The notes: generated from the letters alone by a model not told the origin. DNA of 64,000 nt from Camelus dromedarius (GCF_036321535.1 NC_087453.1:23560001-23624000), one strand, 5' to 3'. Counted from the first letter of the stretch, positions 11,601-23,426 are shown. Translations and numbers: made by a program.

Positions 11601-11791
11601 CTGCAAAAGACCCCCCAAGACCATAGTGGTAATGCCACCCCCAGCAAATCATCAAACCACAAGCCCCTGCCCCAGAAAGTCCCCTGTTCAGTGTCTGAGA
11701 TAATCAAAAAGCCATTACTAAGCCCCGGACTGCCCACTTTAACATGCCCACTTTAATGCTCCCAATGGTGCATTAAAAAGGTAGGTGACTT

Positions 11792-11850
11792 TGTGCCTGT
11801 GCGGAAGATGAGGAAACAGACGTGGAGAGGTGAAACAGCTTCCCCCAGGA
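11792..11850 (+). repeat. Left arm of 59-bp inverted repeat in PDYN intron 3 (MIR-derived)
   Basis: TGTGCCTGTGCGGAAGATGAGGAAACAGACGTGGAGAGGTGAAACAGCTTCCCCCAGGA; 56/59 identical to the reverse complement of 12358-12416. Confidence 0.95.
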
Positions 11851-12357
11851 TGCATGGCCACAGGTGACACTGCCAAAACTGGAAGTAAGATCTTCCCGTA
11901 GTGCTCTGCTACGCTCACCAGTAATCTTGTACTTCTGACTCCAGAAGGAGTAGTTGGTTCTCCCAACCTTTCCAAGGTGTGAAGGATGCTGCAAACACTT
12001 CATAGAGAGGGACAGAAGCCAAGCAGAATGGTGGAAAGAACACAGGTGAGGACATGTTTGAGGGTTCTTCAAACTGGGGAGATAACAGTATCTACTTCAT
12101 AAGAGTAGGGAGAATTCAAACATTATAATGATGATGATGACCACAATGCAATGCTGCACAGTCCCAGAACTTGGACCCAGGTTCTAATGCCATGAGTCTT
12201 CACGTTTAACCACTGTGCTTTCCTGAGATCATATATGGGCAGCACCCAGTGCGTTGTCATGTGCATCTCAAGAAAGAGCGGCTAGAATTGTATACTTAAT
12301 ATTTTGTATCATCATCTCAGGGAACCGGACCCATTTTGCAAATAGCTTTCCCGTGTG

Positions 12358-12416
12358 TCCTTGGGGAAGTTGTTTCACCTCTCCATGTCTGTTTCCTCAT
12401 CTTCCGCACAGGCACA
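12358..12416 (-). repeat. Right arm of 59-bp inverted repeat in PDYN intron 3 (MIR-derived)
   Basis: Reverse complement TGTGCCTGTGCGGAAGATGAGGAAACAGACATGGAGAGGTGAAACAACTTCCCCAAGGA. Confidence 0.95.
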
Positions 12417-13008
12417 GAGAAGGGGTTCCAAGGTCATGCAACTAGAAAGTGGCAGAACCAAAGCCTGTGTTCTGTCTGCCACACCCTGCACCTCTGGGCC
12501 AGCTGGTCTGCTGTCACGGGAGAGTCAAAGGGAGAAGCTTGACTCAAAGTAAAGCCAGCAAAGCCAGCCAAGAGATGCTAAAGTCCCAGGAGAGGGGTCA
12601 GGCTTGGATACTGACAACCAGATCCTGGCATCCAGGGGTGGTGGAAAGAGCTCCTTCCGTGGGAGTGACTAGATTTGGGGGGTGCCCATCAGCCTGGTGC
12701 AAGCAGCCCTGAAAAGTTCATATAGTGCTGTTGACTCCTGAAGTCAGCACTGCCTCTTGAATGACACTCCTTGTTGCCAGGCAATCGGCTCCCTGGAAAC
12801 CTAAGTGTCTGCCCCAGACCTGAGGGAGCCCATGGTGGTGAGGTCTGGGGTGGGGACGGGAGCTGGAGAACAGCAGCCCCTGCAGTGCAGGCTGACAGAA
12901 CATGCCCTGCACAGGCGGGACCTTCCCTCTCTGGGCTCACACACAGACGGTCCCTTCCTCGCACGGGTGCCAGGACCTGGGCGTGGAGCAGCCTTGCCTG
13001 AAACTCAC

Positions 13009-13137
13009 CAGGGGGTCGATGGGCTTGGGCCCATCATGGGTCTTCACAGCACACAAGGAGCACCGGGACAGGCAGTCCGCTGTGGCGGAGGGGAGCGCGA
13101 GGAGGCAGGCAGCCAGCACCAGCCCCTGCCACGCCAT
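13009..13137 (-). CDS. PDYN: Prodynorphin CDS part 1 (exon 3): signal peptide and start of Cys-rich domain, 43 aa [43 protein letters not shown]
   Basis: ATG at 13137-13135 (minus). 129 nt followed by a GTGAGT donor at 13008-13003, phase 0. Sequence matches the mammalian prodynorphin N-terminus. Confidence 0.98.
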
Positions 13138-13153
13138 TCTGTCTTGGCTCTTC
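13138..13153 (-). other. PDYN: 5' UTR portion of PDYN exon 3 (tandem CAGCAG acceptor; alternative start 13156)
   Basis: ATCTCTCCC CAG CAG GAAGAGCCAAGACAGA ATG on the minus strand. The distal AG gives a 145-nt exon. Confidence 0.85.
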
Positions 13154-14627
13154 CTGCTGGGGAGAGATAAAGAGAAAATGATATCTGTGATCGCCCACAC
13201 TGCGGGGTGTGTCCTGAGCCTGCAAAGCCATCTCATCAACTTCTGCTGGCAGCCCTGCACTGCAGGGCAAGCGTTCTTGTTCCCATTCCACAGTCCAACC
13301 AACAGAGGCCCAGGGAGGAGGAGCGGGTGCGTAAGGCCAACAGTCCAGGAAGGGCGCTACCAGGGGCTGTGTGCCTGCTGTGTGCTAGGAGCTTTCCTGT
13401 GTGTTCACATTCAATCTGCACAAGACTCTTAACGTGGGTAGTGCCATGGGGAGGTTGAGGCTCAGAGAGGAGAAATGATTGCTCACACAACTAGGAAGTC
13501 TGCCAGACTTCAGAACCCGCCAAGCCAGAAGGCACTTGTCTACCTGCTTTTCTGTGTTCTCTGGGCCTTCCCTCACTTGCCCTTCTCTCCTGCACTCCAG
13601 GCTGTCCCCAGCCCAGTCCTTTCTGCTGTGGACCTTCTCCACCCCAGCACTTCTGCCTGCTCTGGCCAGAGCTCCATCTTCACCCATCTCCATGCTGGCC
13701 TCCCTGCCTCCAGCATCCTCCCCTGGTCCCTTTTACCCACCTTGTAGTGCCTGTCTCATCATATCAATCTTGGGATCAGACCCATCAGGCTGGGTCAGGC
13801 CTGGCCCTTCTCCTAAATGAGGGACACCCTCAATTTCATCCCTACATCCAACTCTTCAGCTCTGGGTTCCAACCACGTCTGGCTCCCTGTAATTTCCCTA
13901 ATGAATGGATCAGGCCCTGCCCCACCTCTGGCCCTTTGCACATGCTATCCCCTCTTCCTGGGAAACCCTCCTCTTCTCTTCTGTTACCTGTCATTTAGGC
14001 CCTGGAGGAGACATCACCTCCTCCAGGCAGCTTTCCCTGATGTCCTAGGTTAGATGGGATGTTCTTCCTGTGTGTTTTCCCAGAAATTTGTGCTTCCTCC
14101 GTGAAAATATCCCACTCTGGATAATTAACTATGTGAGTCTTCAGACTTTGGTTCCATGAAGGCAGGAGCTGTATCCTCTTTTGGTCTCTGAAATACTTTC
14201 TCTGTGTTCCTCAAATATGCCAGGCTTGCCCTTACCTCAGGGCATTTGCACTTCCTGCTTCTCCATCTGTAGTGCTCTGGCCTCAGATTTTCACAGGGCT
14301 CACTTCTTCTTGTAATTGAATGGATTAAGTGTCATGTGCCTGGGGAGGCATTTGCTGACCCCTGTCTGTGTCTTGGCTTCCTGGGTCTCTCTCACATCCC
14401 CCTGCTTTGTCTGCACTGGAACACTCACCGTTTCGCATCGTCCTGTTGTCTGGTGCGTGTTGTCAATGTTCTCATTACCATTCCCCCACTGGAATATTAG
14501 CTCCCAAAGGGCACAGACCCTTACTGGCATTGTCCCTGCTGTACCCTGACCAGCACACAGTACGTCTTCAACGAATACTAGGCAGATGAATGAATGCTTC
14601 ACAAATAGTCTATTAAAAGCTGTCTCT

Positions 14628-14787
14628 GGGGAGGGTATAGCTCAGTGGTAGAGTGTGTGCTTAGCATGCACAAGGTCCTGGGTTCAATCCCCAGTATCCC
14701 TATTTAAAAATAAATCAGTAAATAAATAAACCTACCCCCCCAAATTTTTTTCAAAAACAAACAAAAAAATTAAAAAAAAAAAAAAAA
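14628..14787 (+). mobile_element. tRNA-derived camelid-type SINE (Vic-1-like), copy A
   Basis: GGGGAGGGTATAGCTCAGTGGTAGAG head with A box, GGGTTCAATCCC B box, A-rich tail. TSD AAAAGCTGTC(T/C)C at 14615-14626 and 14784-14795. Confidence 0.9.
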
Positions 14788-14795
14788 GCTGTCCC

Positions 14796-14957
14796 GAGGG
14801 GAGGGGAGGGTATAGCTCAGTGATAAAGTGCATGCCTAGCTTGCATGAGGTCCTGGATTCAATTCCCAGTGCACCCATAAATAAATAAATAAATAAGTAA
14901 ATAAATAAATAAATAATCTAATTACCAACCCCCTCAAACTAAAACAAAAAACAAAAA
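14796..14957 (+). mobile_element. tRNA-derived camelid-type SINE, copy B, directly behind copy A
   Basis: Second GGGGAGGGTATAGCTCAG head at 14803, GGATTCAATTCC B box, (TAAA)n and A tail. TSD-like AAAAACTGTCCC at 14953-14964. Confidence 0.88.
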
Positions 14958-17655
14958 CTGTCCCTTTCATAGTTAACTCCTTATAAACCAAATATTGAGA
15001 CTCAAAGCCATCAAATGGGAGCGCGGTGCAGAACTCCAAACTAGAAGTGAGGACTTCCCCTGAGACCCCCGCCCCGGGCAGGGCCTCCGTGCTCCTCCCA
15101 GCCTGGTCCTGGTGGCCTAATGCCTGTACCGCTGCTCTCAGAGACGGCTGTCCTCCCTCCCTCTTCCGAGTTCCCCGTCCTGCACACTGCCCTGTTTGCT
15201 CAGGGGATACAGGGGTTTGGAGATTCCACCCATGGCCCCAGGGCCCCACGCTGTTACCCAGAGCAGTTGGTCTCAAAGTACACAGTAGGTTTCCCTCCAG
15301 AGCCTGGCTAGCAAGGATCCCCGCCACCACTGATGAAGCACCTACTGTGCTCCAGGCCTTGACTAAATCCCCACGTCCATCATCTCATTTATTCCTCCCC
15401 AGTGAGGTAGCACTTTTGGTTCAGTGAATTCCCTGTGCCCTCCAGTGAGTGGTGAAACTGGGGGGCAAGATCCATTCTGTTTGACTCCCCACCCGTGTGC
15501 CCTTAATGACTACAATTTCTAAGACAACTTTGATTATTAATAGCTGAGCCCTTTGTGAGACCCAGAGGGCCCTGTGCACAGAGCCTTTCCTCGTATATTC
15601 TACTCAATCCACCTGCCAGCTGTGAGAGGTAGTCATCATTATCCCCACTTCAGAGATGAGAAACCTGGGGCTCAGAGAGGTTTGGTAAATCTCCTGAGGT
15701 CACACAGCAATTAAAGGTGAGAACTCAGGCTTGTCCACCTCTCTTGAGGCTGGACTAGGTCTGCGTCCCTAAGCAGCAAGGCTCAGAGGAGAAACCTCAG
15801 GGCGGTGGACCTGCGTCCATCCCACGCTTCTATCCTTCCTTGAGTTTCTCTCACGCTCTATCAACTGCTGAGCGGATTTGGGTTCCAGGCGAGTGAGCGG
15901 TGCCATTTCTGTGCAGATGCAAAGCAGGCAGCTCCTGTTTTCTGTCACATCAGTGATGGCTGGGCTGGCTTGACACAAGATTAGCAGTGACTTAACCCAC
16001 TGAGGGAGGGGCAGCTGTACCACCCTCCAACTCCTGGCCAGAAGCTTCGCACAGTCTGGCTGCTATGGTAGGAAGCTCAATTTGAGGTCTTTTTGTCCCT
16101 GGCAAAAGTAACATCAGCATCCTTTCCTCTCATCCACGAACTTTATATTTAATCATAATAGCTCTAGTGGATCTGATGGTTGTTGAGTACTTGAGATGCT
16201 CTGAGCAATTCTCCCGGATGAACCCATTTATGCTCACAGCAACTCTGTGGGGTGGCTCCTGCTGGTACACCCACTTTCCAGATGAGAAAACAGAGTTAAG
16301 ACACCTGCCACAACACTGGAGCTAGTAAATGACAAAGCTGGAATTTGCACACAAGCATTTGAGCTCTGGAGCCCACAGCCCAGTCCCTTCATTGCACTTC
16401 CTCCCCAGGCTATAGCTCCTCCCTCCTGGCTCCAGAGCAGCCTCCAATGTTGCCCCTGAGACACCCTCCACACAGCAGCCAGAGGACAATTCCGAAATGC
16501 CAGTCTGCCCTGCTTCCGGGTTCTCCACTGCCTGTGCCCCTTCCCACCTTACCCAGGGCTTTCCTGCTGCCATTGACCAGGCACTCACTGTTTGCTAGGC
16601 CTTGTGCTTAGTCCCATATGTGTCTCTGAGTTTTGATGAAATTCAGCTTCGGCTGCCTCCTCCAGGAAGTTTGCCTGGATTAGGCCCCCCCTTTGAGCTC
16701 TCACAGCTATCTGTGTGGCTCTACCATACAACTGCCTCTTCCTGAGTCCCCTGTCAGTGCAAACTTTGGAAGTGAAGCGTCCGGAGGTTAGAGTGTGCTG
16801 TGTTTGAAGATGACAAGGAGGCCGGGTGGGTGTGGGAGCATCAGGGAGGAGACGGGGAGAAAGCAGAGATGTGGGCACAGGCCAGACGGTGACAACCCTC
16901 GTAGGCCAAGGTAGTGTTTGCATTTCATTCTAATGTGATGGGAAAACAAGGGACGTTTGAGTGATGGATGGATGAATGAATGAATGAATGATGTCCCCAG
17001 TGGTGAACACAGGGCTAGAATGAGAACAAGAGCTCCACACAAGTGTGTGAGTGAGTAAACAGGCAACCCTGGACCCCTCAGAAACCTGGCTTGAATTTTT
17101 CTGACTCACATCTTCGTGTTCCCAGAGAAAGCTCACAGACCTGCAGGCTGTCTAAACCAACACCTGCTAAAGAAATTCAGCAAATGTGAATGAAACCAGG
17201 GAGAGGAGTGAGGGGAGGAAAGAGAATAGGGCAGACGGGAGTGGGGACATAGGAGGGAGTGGGGAACTGAGACCAAGAGAGCCCAATAAGGGGGCGGAGG
17301 GAGAGGGAGTGGGAGGAAGTGCAAACAGTCCAAAGAGAGAGCAAGGAAGGATGGGGTGGGTAACTAAAATGGAGCGACAGAGAAGAGGGAAGGCATTGGG
17401 GCTGGGGGCAGAGACAAGGAAACGAAGGGGAGTATGAAGGCTGTATTTCAACCATACTCGGTCTGCAGGAGATGGAAAAGAAAAGGCAACAAGGAGTGAT
17501 AATATACAGCCTGGAACAGAACAGAAACTCAAAAAAAGTGGTTGAATGAATTAACTGCCATGTGTGGAGAGCTTGCTGGGTGCCGGCGGTCTGAGAGCCC
17601 GTACTCATGGTCCCATCAGTCCAACATCGGCCCCACTTCTCAAAAGCCTACTCAG

Positions 17656-17837
17656 GTGAGGGGTATAGCTCAGTGGTAGGGTGCCTGCTCAGCGTGTGTG
17701 AAGTCCTGGGTTCAGTCCCCAGGACTTCCACTTAAAAAATAAGTAATTAAATAAGCCTGATTACCTCCCCCCAAATTAAATAAATGTTATTTTACAAAAA
17801 TAAACTAAATGTTCTAAAAAAAAAAAAAAAAGAAACA
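17656..17837 (+). mobile_element. tRNA-derived camelid-type SINE, copy C, inserted into a MIR
   Basis: GGGGTATAGCTCAGTGGTAG head, GGGTTCAGTCCC B box, poly(A). 14-bp TSD AAAAGCCTAC(T/C)CAG at 17642-17655 and 17838-17851. Confidence 0.9.
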
Positions 17838-20800
17838 AAAAGCCTACCCAGTGCCAGGCTGCGCCTTCCCACTTTACACGTTATTCTAATCCTCACAACA
17901 ACCCAGAGGTGAGTTTTTATACCCACTGTACACAGGACAAGACTGAGGCCTGGAGAGGAGAATTTGCATGCCCAAACTCATTTGGTTTGTAAGCAGATGC
18001 ATAAGGCTTCCCAAGGGATCTCTCTGGTCTCTAATGGAGACGCATCAGCCCTGAGCTTTCCTAAGACATCCTATTTCCTTCCTTGGACGGGATAAACAAA
18101 TGATTGAGTAACGTCAGATGTCAGACGAGTCCCGGGGGAGGGACTTTGCTTTGCTGTAGGGATTTGCCCGGAAGCTGTACATTACGGGTAGCCCTGCCTG
18201 GTCATCTCCCCTGACTTTGCTGTTCATCTCTATGTAGGACGGGGAAGTGAGCTGCTTGGTGAGCTCCAGGGGCCGTGAGTCAGGCCCAGACCCCCCTGGG
18301 AGGGAGAGGGTGGTGGGGTGCGGGTTGGAGTCACCTACGGTGAAGGAGGGGCCTCTTTCACAAACTCAGCTTGGCCGGCCAGGGAGCCTCCTAAGGTCTC
18401 CCTTCCCCCTAAAGTAAAACCACTTTTGTAAGTTCAGGAAGCATTTCTTCAGCCACTACCTCGAGGCATGCTGGGCCAGCTCAGTGATGACAGCCTGGGC
18501 GGGTGGGGAGGAAGGGGGAGTCTCCGCCTTGGGAAAGGGGATTTTGGACTCACCAGCCTCCACAGTCACGCGACCCAGCCCTTATACCGAACCTCTTTCT
18601 ATGTGTACATCCTGGCGAACCCTGATTCATACGACAGCCTCCCCTTCATTTACATTTGTCTTGGCTGTTTTCACACAACAAAAGCACAGCTGAGTCCAGA
18701 AGCCAAAGATATTTACTAGCTGGTCCTTGACAGGAAAAGTTTGCTGACCCTGCTTTCATTAATTTTATAACCATTTTACAATTCTCATTATTCTAGCAGT
18801 TCTGAAGCTGATTTTCTTGGGGAAATCAGAGGGGACTTGCTCCTCTGTCCACGCCTCAGTCTTCTTACCTGTCAGTGGGTTTGTGTCACTTCCCCACTGT
18901 GTCTCCATAAGGACCCCTAAGACGCTATCATTTAAAGGCCAGCACACAGCAGACCCTTTCTTCACCAAGAGCCCAGAGTTCCTTGAAAGGGAAGGGATCT
19001 CCCGCCCTCTTATCTCCTCTTGATATTTCTGTATTGTATTCAGTGGGCTCTGAGGAGCAGCAAGCATTTTTATTTAAAAAGCCAGCATGGAATAATAATG
19101 GCTTGATTTAACATCGCAATTATCTCTCTGAGCACTTTATCCGCATATGATTATCCCTATTTGATAGAAGAGGAAATGGGAAAAGGTAGAAATGAAGTCA
19201 CTTGTTTAAGGTCACATCATGAGTCAGGAGGGAAAGGGAGACAGAACTGGGGCCTCCCACACCCGGGCCCTGACTCGCGTGGAGGCCATGGTGTCGTTGG
19301 ATAACCTTCTAGCAGTCACTGCGCTGCTGTGGCCCTGTGCCAGGCCTGGGGTGGCCCGTGGACCCTCCTGGGCAGGTGCTACCATTACAGGCTCAGTTTC
19401 CAGGTGGGAAGAGTGAGGACTGCGTGACAGCGCCCCCGGGGCCCCAGGCACACGCATGCCAGAGGAGTGGCAGCGACTGGGTCCCTTGCACCCCCTGTTT
19501 AGGGCACAGCGACCAGCTTGTATCTCAATTACTGCATCCTCACCTCTGGAGGGTCCAGTAGCCTGGGCTCTATTAGCCCATTTACTGGATGGCGAGACAG
19601 AGACTTGGAGAAGCAAAACGACTGGGCCAAGAGGCCAGGCCCCAGCAGAGCAGGCTCAGGGTCGGTTTGAGACTCCACTCCGCAAGCCATCGTGAGCTGT
19701 AGGCACAGATGAAACGTCCACAGGGCTCCCCTCATTCCAGCTCATGTTCCTGAAGATAAGACTGTTCTAGGAATTTTACCCCACTCAAAAATATATGAAG
19801 TTCACCTTTGTGGGTCTCCAGTGGGCTGGCCAATGGAGACCTCCAAAACCGGAAAAGAGTTTAAGACTTTTCATGCCATTAACAAAGAATGGATTATCAG
19901 TTTGGGAGGATGGGGGCTCCAGTTCTGAATGGAAAGTGAGGGCACTGGTTAGTCCACCAAGAAGTCAAAACATAGCAGAGCATGAGGCCCACGCTGAGGG
20001 CTGGCCGCCTCTCAGGCTATTTGCTGTGCAGAGACCAGTGAAAGACGGCCCTGTGATCCACATTCATGGCGGGACCATTAAGCACATTTTTAAAAGGCTG
20101 TTTTTCAAGAGCAAGATTCCTTTGGAACTCCCACCCTTCATTATTGGATGCAGTTAAGAGATGGGGAGAAAAGCAACGAAAGGGGGACCAGAGAGATGGA
20201 GGTGCAGAGATACAGAGAGAGAGAGAGAAAAGAACGAGAGGGAGACAGAGAAGGGCTTAGAAGAGCAGAGGGTGAAATGACAGACATGCGGGAAAAGAAA
20301 ATACAGGTGAGACGCCGAGATGGGTGGGGAGAGGGCGCAGGAGAAGGTATAACGAAAAGGAGGAAGAGGGGGAGGAGCGGGAACAAGACAAAGATGGAGA
20401 GAAGGCAGGGAGGAAGTGGATTTTGATTCAGGAGGTTGACCTACTATGTGAATCACAAACACCAGTTCCCTCCTCCCACAACCCTTTGATCTGCCCTTTG
20501 TTCCTAGTGGCCAGTGGGCCCGAGGCCCAATCACATAACTGCTCCGTAAGCCCTTGTCAGGTTAAAGTGAACTGTCCAATGATAGGTCAAGGGGCCAAAT
20601 GCCGATGCCCGCAACGAGCACGCCTGTTGCCCGCGGTGACCACTCTAGCCAGGCGGATGCTGGAAGGATTCATGGAGAGGCCTCCTGAGCCAGGGGATGT
20701 GCCTCGTGGCCCTGGGCTGTTACCTTCCTGCCAGGAGCATCTGTCTGGGCGCAGGCTGGAGGGATTAATGAGCTCCAGCTTCCTAGGACCCGGGGACACC

Positions 20801-21839
20801 TCTCCATCTCCAGGGCCTGATCCTGGGTGCCTCCAGCAATGTTTACTGCCTGCCACAAAGGTCAGTTCTGACTCACTGAAATCGTTTTAGCTCTTTGTCA
20901 GGCCCAGTGAGATTAACCAACATTTACGGGCTGGGACGCGCAAAAACGGTGAAAGATACCAGCTAGCTGACTGCACTTTCTCAGACATGCGTTGAAATCA
21001 AACCACCGGCTATTGATCCCGCTTAGAAGATGGAAGACATCTAATAAATACAACAATTGTGCAAGAATGACCCAAGGAGGCGGGCAGTGGGCGGGGGAGT
21101 TGGAGAGGATCGATCAATAAGACACGTGGAGATCCCGAGGCACCAGCTGAAGAAATAGTCTTCTGTTGGTGTGGAGAGAAGGGGTGGGGCAGGGAGGGAG
21201 TGCCAGCCCCACAGATAGAAATATTAGACATGAGACCATATTTCCTGGACATGGCACAGAATGCCATGGGAAGATCAAGGATGCTATCCTAGGTTCGGGG
21301 AAGGAGAAGGCTCCAACTCTGCCACTTTGGACAGTGAAAATGTGAGCAGTCACACTAGCATTTATTGAGTACTTACTGAATGCCAGGCATGTTACTGTAT
21401 CCCATGGGAATCTCCCAATAACCTCAGGAGGTGAAGATTGTTATCCCTATTGCTCAGAGAGGGAGAGTTACTGTCCCCAAATCACACAGGAAATGAGTGA
21501 TGGGATCTGGGACTTGAACCCAGCACTGACTTGGGTGATGTGAGACACACATTTAAACAATATATGGGTAATTCCTGACTCCTAAAGACTCTAATCCCTC
21601 TCCACGTGCTTTAAGGGGATTGCAAGTTTCTCAAACAGCCCCAGAGCTGATCCTTTTGCCAGCTCTGGTAAAACATGCTGGGTTCCATTACACAGCCTCA
21701 GGAGCCACTGCAACACACCCCTCCCAGCTGCAGCAGCGCCATGGGATTCACCTGGCACCCATCACACCTCTAGCTCATCTGGGGCAAAGCAGTGGGCTTG
21801 AGATCCCTTCAGCATCCTCCCCCAGGCAGCACAGCTCAC

Positions 21840-21900
21840 CCGGCTTGGGCTGCTTGCAACAGCTCCCCCACGCAGATCTCAAAGCCTGGAGATAAATGAC
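21840..21900 (-). other. PDYN: PDYN exon 2 (61 nt, non-coding)
   Basis: Acceptor CTATTTTTGCAG/GTCATTTATC and donor GCCGG/GTGAGC. Size and sequence agree with the about 60-nt second exon of human PDYN as I recall it. Confidence 0.9.
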
Positions 21901-23193
21901 CTGCAAAAATAGAACAAAAGGCAAGGTGGGGTAGGATGGGGGGAGAAGGTGAGGGGAAAAGAGATGGAAAGAGCAGCAGTGGGAGGGGGAGCAGGGGGGA
22001 AATGAAGTGAAGAGGATTGACATTCCGAAATGTTTTGCAGTGGATCTTAACTGGAAAGCCTGTCAAATTAGAAAGATGAGCCTGTGTATTTTCCCAACCC
22101 TTGAAAGAAAGATGGTAATGAAGACTTTTGATCTGTGGGAGGGGAATTGAAATCAGATCCAATAATCTGAAGAGCTTGTTTCCCTTGGGAAGCTTGGAGG
22201 CTTAAGTAAGGAATGTTTGTAAAGCTTGGAGAGATCTAGATAAAAGATACCCAGGAAAAAGTATGAGGTCTCAGAGTTAACTATTCAACCTTGGAGTCAC
22301 CAGCAGGCATTTTTCCCTGAAGCTCACTAGCTTTTTTCTTTCTTTTTTCTTTCTTTCTTTTTTTTCACTAGAGTCAAACTTTGAGATTCTAGAATACTTT
22401 GTTTGAATGTGGATATCTTTTACCAGTGAGCAAAATGTCTTTCTCATCTGAGTTTCATCCCTGCCTAACTTAACTCCTCCCGCTGCAATTTACATGAAAG
22501 CAACAAGTCCTCTCAAAGTAAAATTGACAGGAAAAATCCTGCTAAGCCTGCCTCTCCTGGCATGTTGTCACTCTCTCTTCGTTCCCTCCCAGCAAAACAA
22601 CCCCAAACTTCATTTCTGTGTGAAATTACTTTAAAGGAAGCCACTAAAGCCAGCACCCTGTCAGCAATTAAACACGATCCAAAAAGAATGAAAAGGCTAA
22701 ACTTGGCTGTACATTGATGTACACGATCCAAGGTAAATGCCAGAGCCCTGATGTCTCATGAATGCCCCCAACGTCTTGTTCTGTAAGTCCAGCGAGAATC
22801 ACTGACCTTTAGAATTACCCTGATTAGCTGGACCTCTCACTTCTTCCACACAGGGCACCCGATTCTCTCTCACATGGGAACCGATGTGTGGAGCAGCCTG
22901 CAAGGGGGAGAAGACCCCCCAGCCAAAACCAAGGTGGGGGTCCTCTTGGGAGGGAGCAACACATCTATTTATATTTCAGCCCGGGCTGTACGGAGAGGGA
23001 AATTCCGAAGAGCAGTCTGTCTCAAACTGATTTGGTTTTGTAAACTAGCCTCATAACTCTTTCTACCTTTGCAAGATAATCAGACCCGAACCTGAAATTC
23101 CCCAGCCCAAGCTCCAACGCTCTCAGGTCCAGAGAACCAGGAAAAAAGAAATAAAGCCAAAAGAGAGGATTCCAGTGACCCTCTGCATATTAC

Positions 23194-23340
23194 CTGTGCT
23201 CTTCTTTGTCCCTGAGCAGCTTCTGGCCGAGCAGGTCAGAGGGAGGTGCCAGGTAGCCGGTCCAGGACCCAGGGATGGCCCTGACTCCCCTCAGAAGGAG
23301 GTGTCAAAGAGGAAGCTGTGAGCACAGCCAAAGCCCCTTA
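23194..23340 (-). other. PDYN: PDYN exon 1 (non-coding; TSS estimated about 30 nt downstream of the TATA-like box)
   Basis: Ends GAAGAGCACAG/GTAATA at 23194/23193. No ATG in the exon. CATAAAA upstream at 23375-23369. Confidence 0.8.
23274..23295 (-). promoter_or_regulatory. DRE-like element (DREAM/KCNIP3 site, GTCA core) in exon 1
   Basis: Minus strand GAGGGGAGTCAGGGCCATCCCTG about 50-60 nt downstream of the TSS. Resembles the human prodynorphin DRE (GGAGTCAAGG) in sequence and position, from memory. Confidence 0.55.
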
Positions 23341-23368
23341 GAATGACAGTTCCTAAGCCTCAGCCCCC

Positions 23369-23375
23369 TTTTATG
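23369..23375 (-). promoter_or_regulatory. TATA-like box CATAAAA of the PDYN promoter
   Basis: CAGCCCATAAAAGGGGG on the minus strand, about 180 nt upstream of the exon 1 donor. Confidence 0.8.
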
Positions 23376-23426
23376 GGCTGGAGCCTCCCCCTGTCGCTCA
23401 GCCCTTGCTGAGCACAGGCTGCTCAG

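Larger units (their letters stand above)
9365..23340 (-). other. PDYN: Prodynorphin gene, complete 4-exon locus (transcript ends approximate)
   Basis: Coding exons translate to prodynorphin. All introns have GT-AG ends (intron 1 23193-21901, intron 2 21839-13154, intron 3 13008-11601). TATA-like box at the 5' end and AATAAA cluster at the 3' end. Confidence 0.97.

Noticed and set aside
11601-11624. ORF-track N-terminus MVLGGLLQ of the 221-aa ORF
   Set aside because: Intronic. The true exon begins at 11600 after the TTTTGCAG acceptor.
10823-11737. Alternative-frame and antisense ORFs overlapping PDYN exon 4 (150, 124, 106, 81 aa)
   Set aside because: Shadows of a GC-rich coding exon with no independent homology or splice support.
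12902-13432. 176-aa + strand ORF across exon 3
   Set aside because: Antisense to PDYN exon 3, partly in MIR sequence, with no recognisable protein features.
14628-14700. tRNA-Ala-like sequences at the SINE heads (also 14803 and 17656)
   Set aside because: Each is followed by a SINE body, A tail and TSD and has a degenerate acceptor stem. These are SINEs, not tRNA genes.
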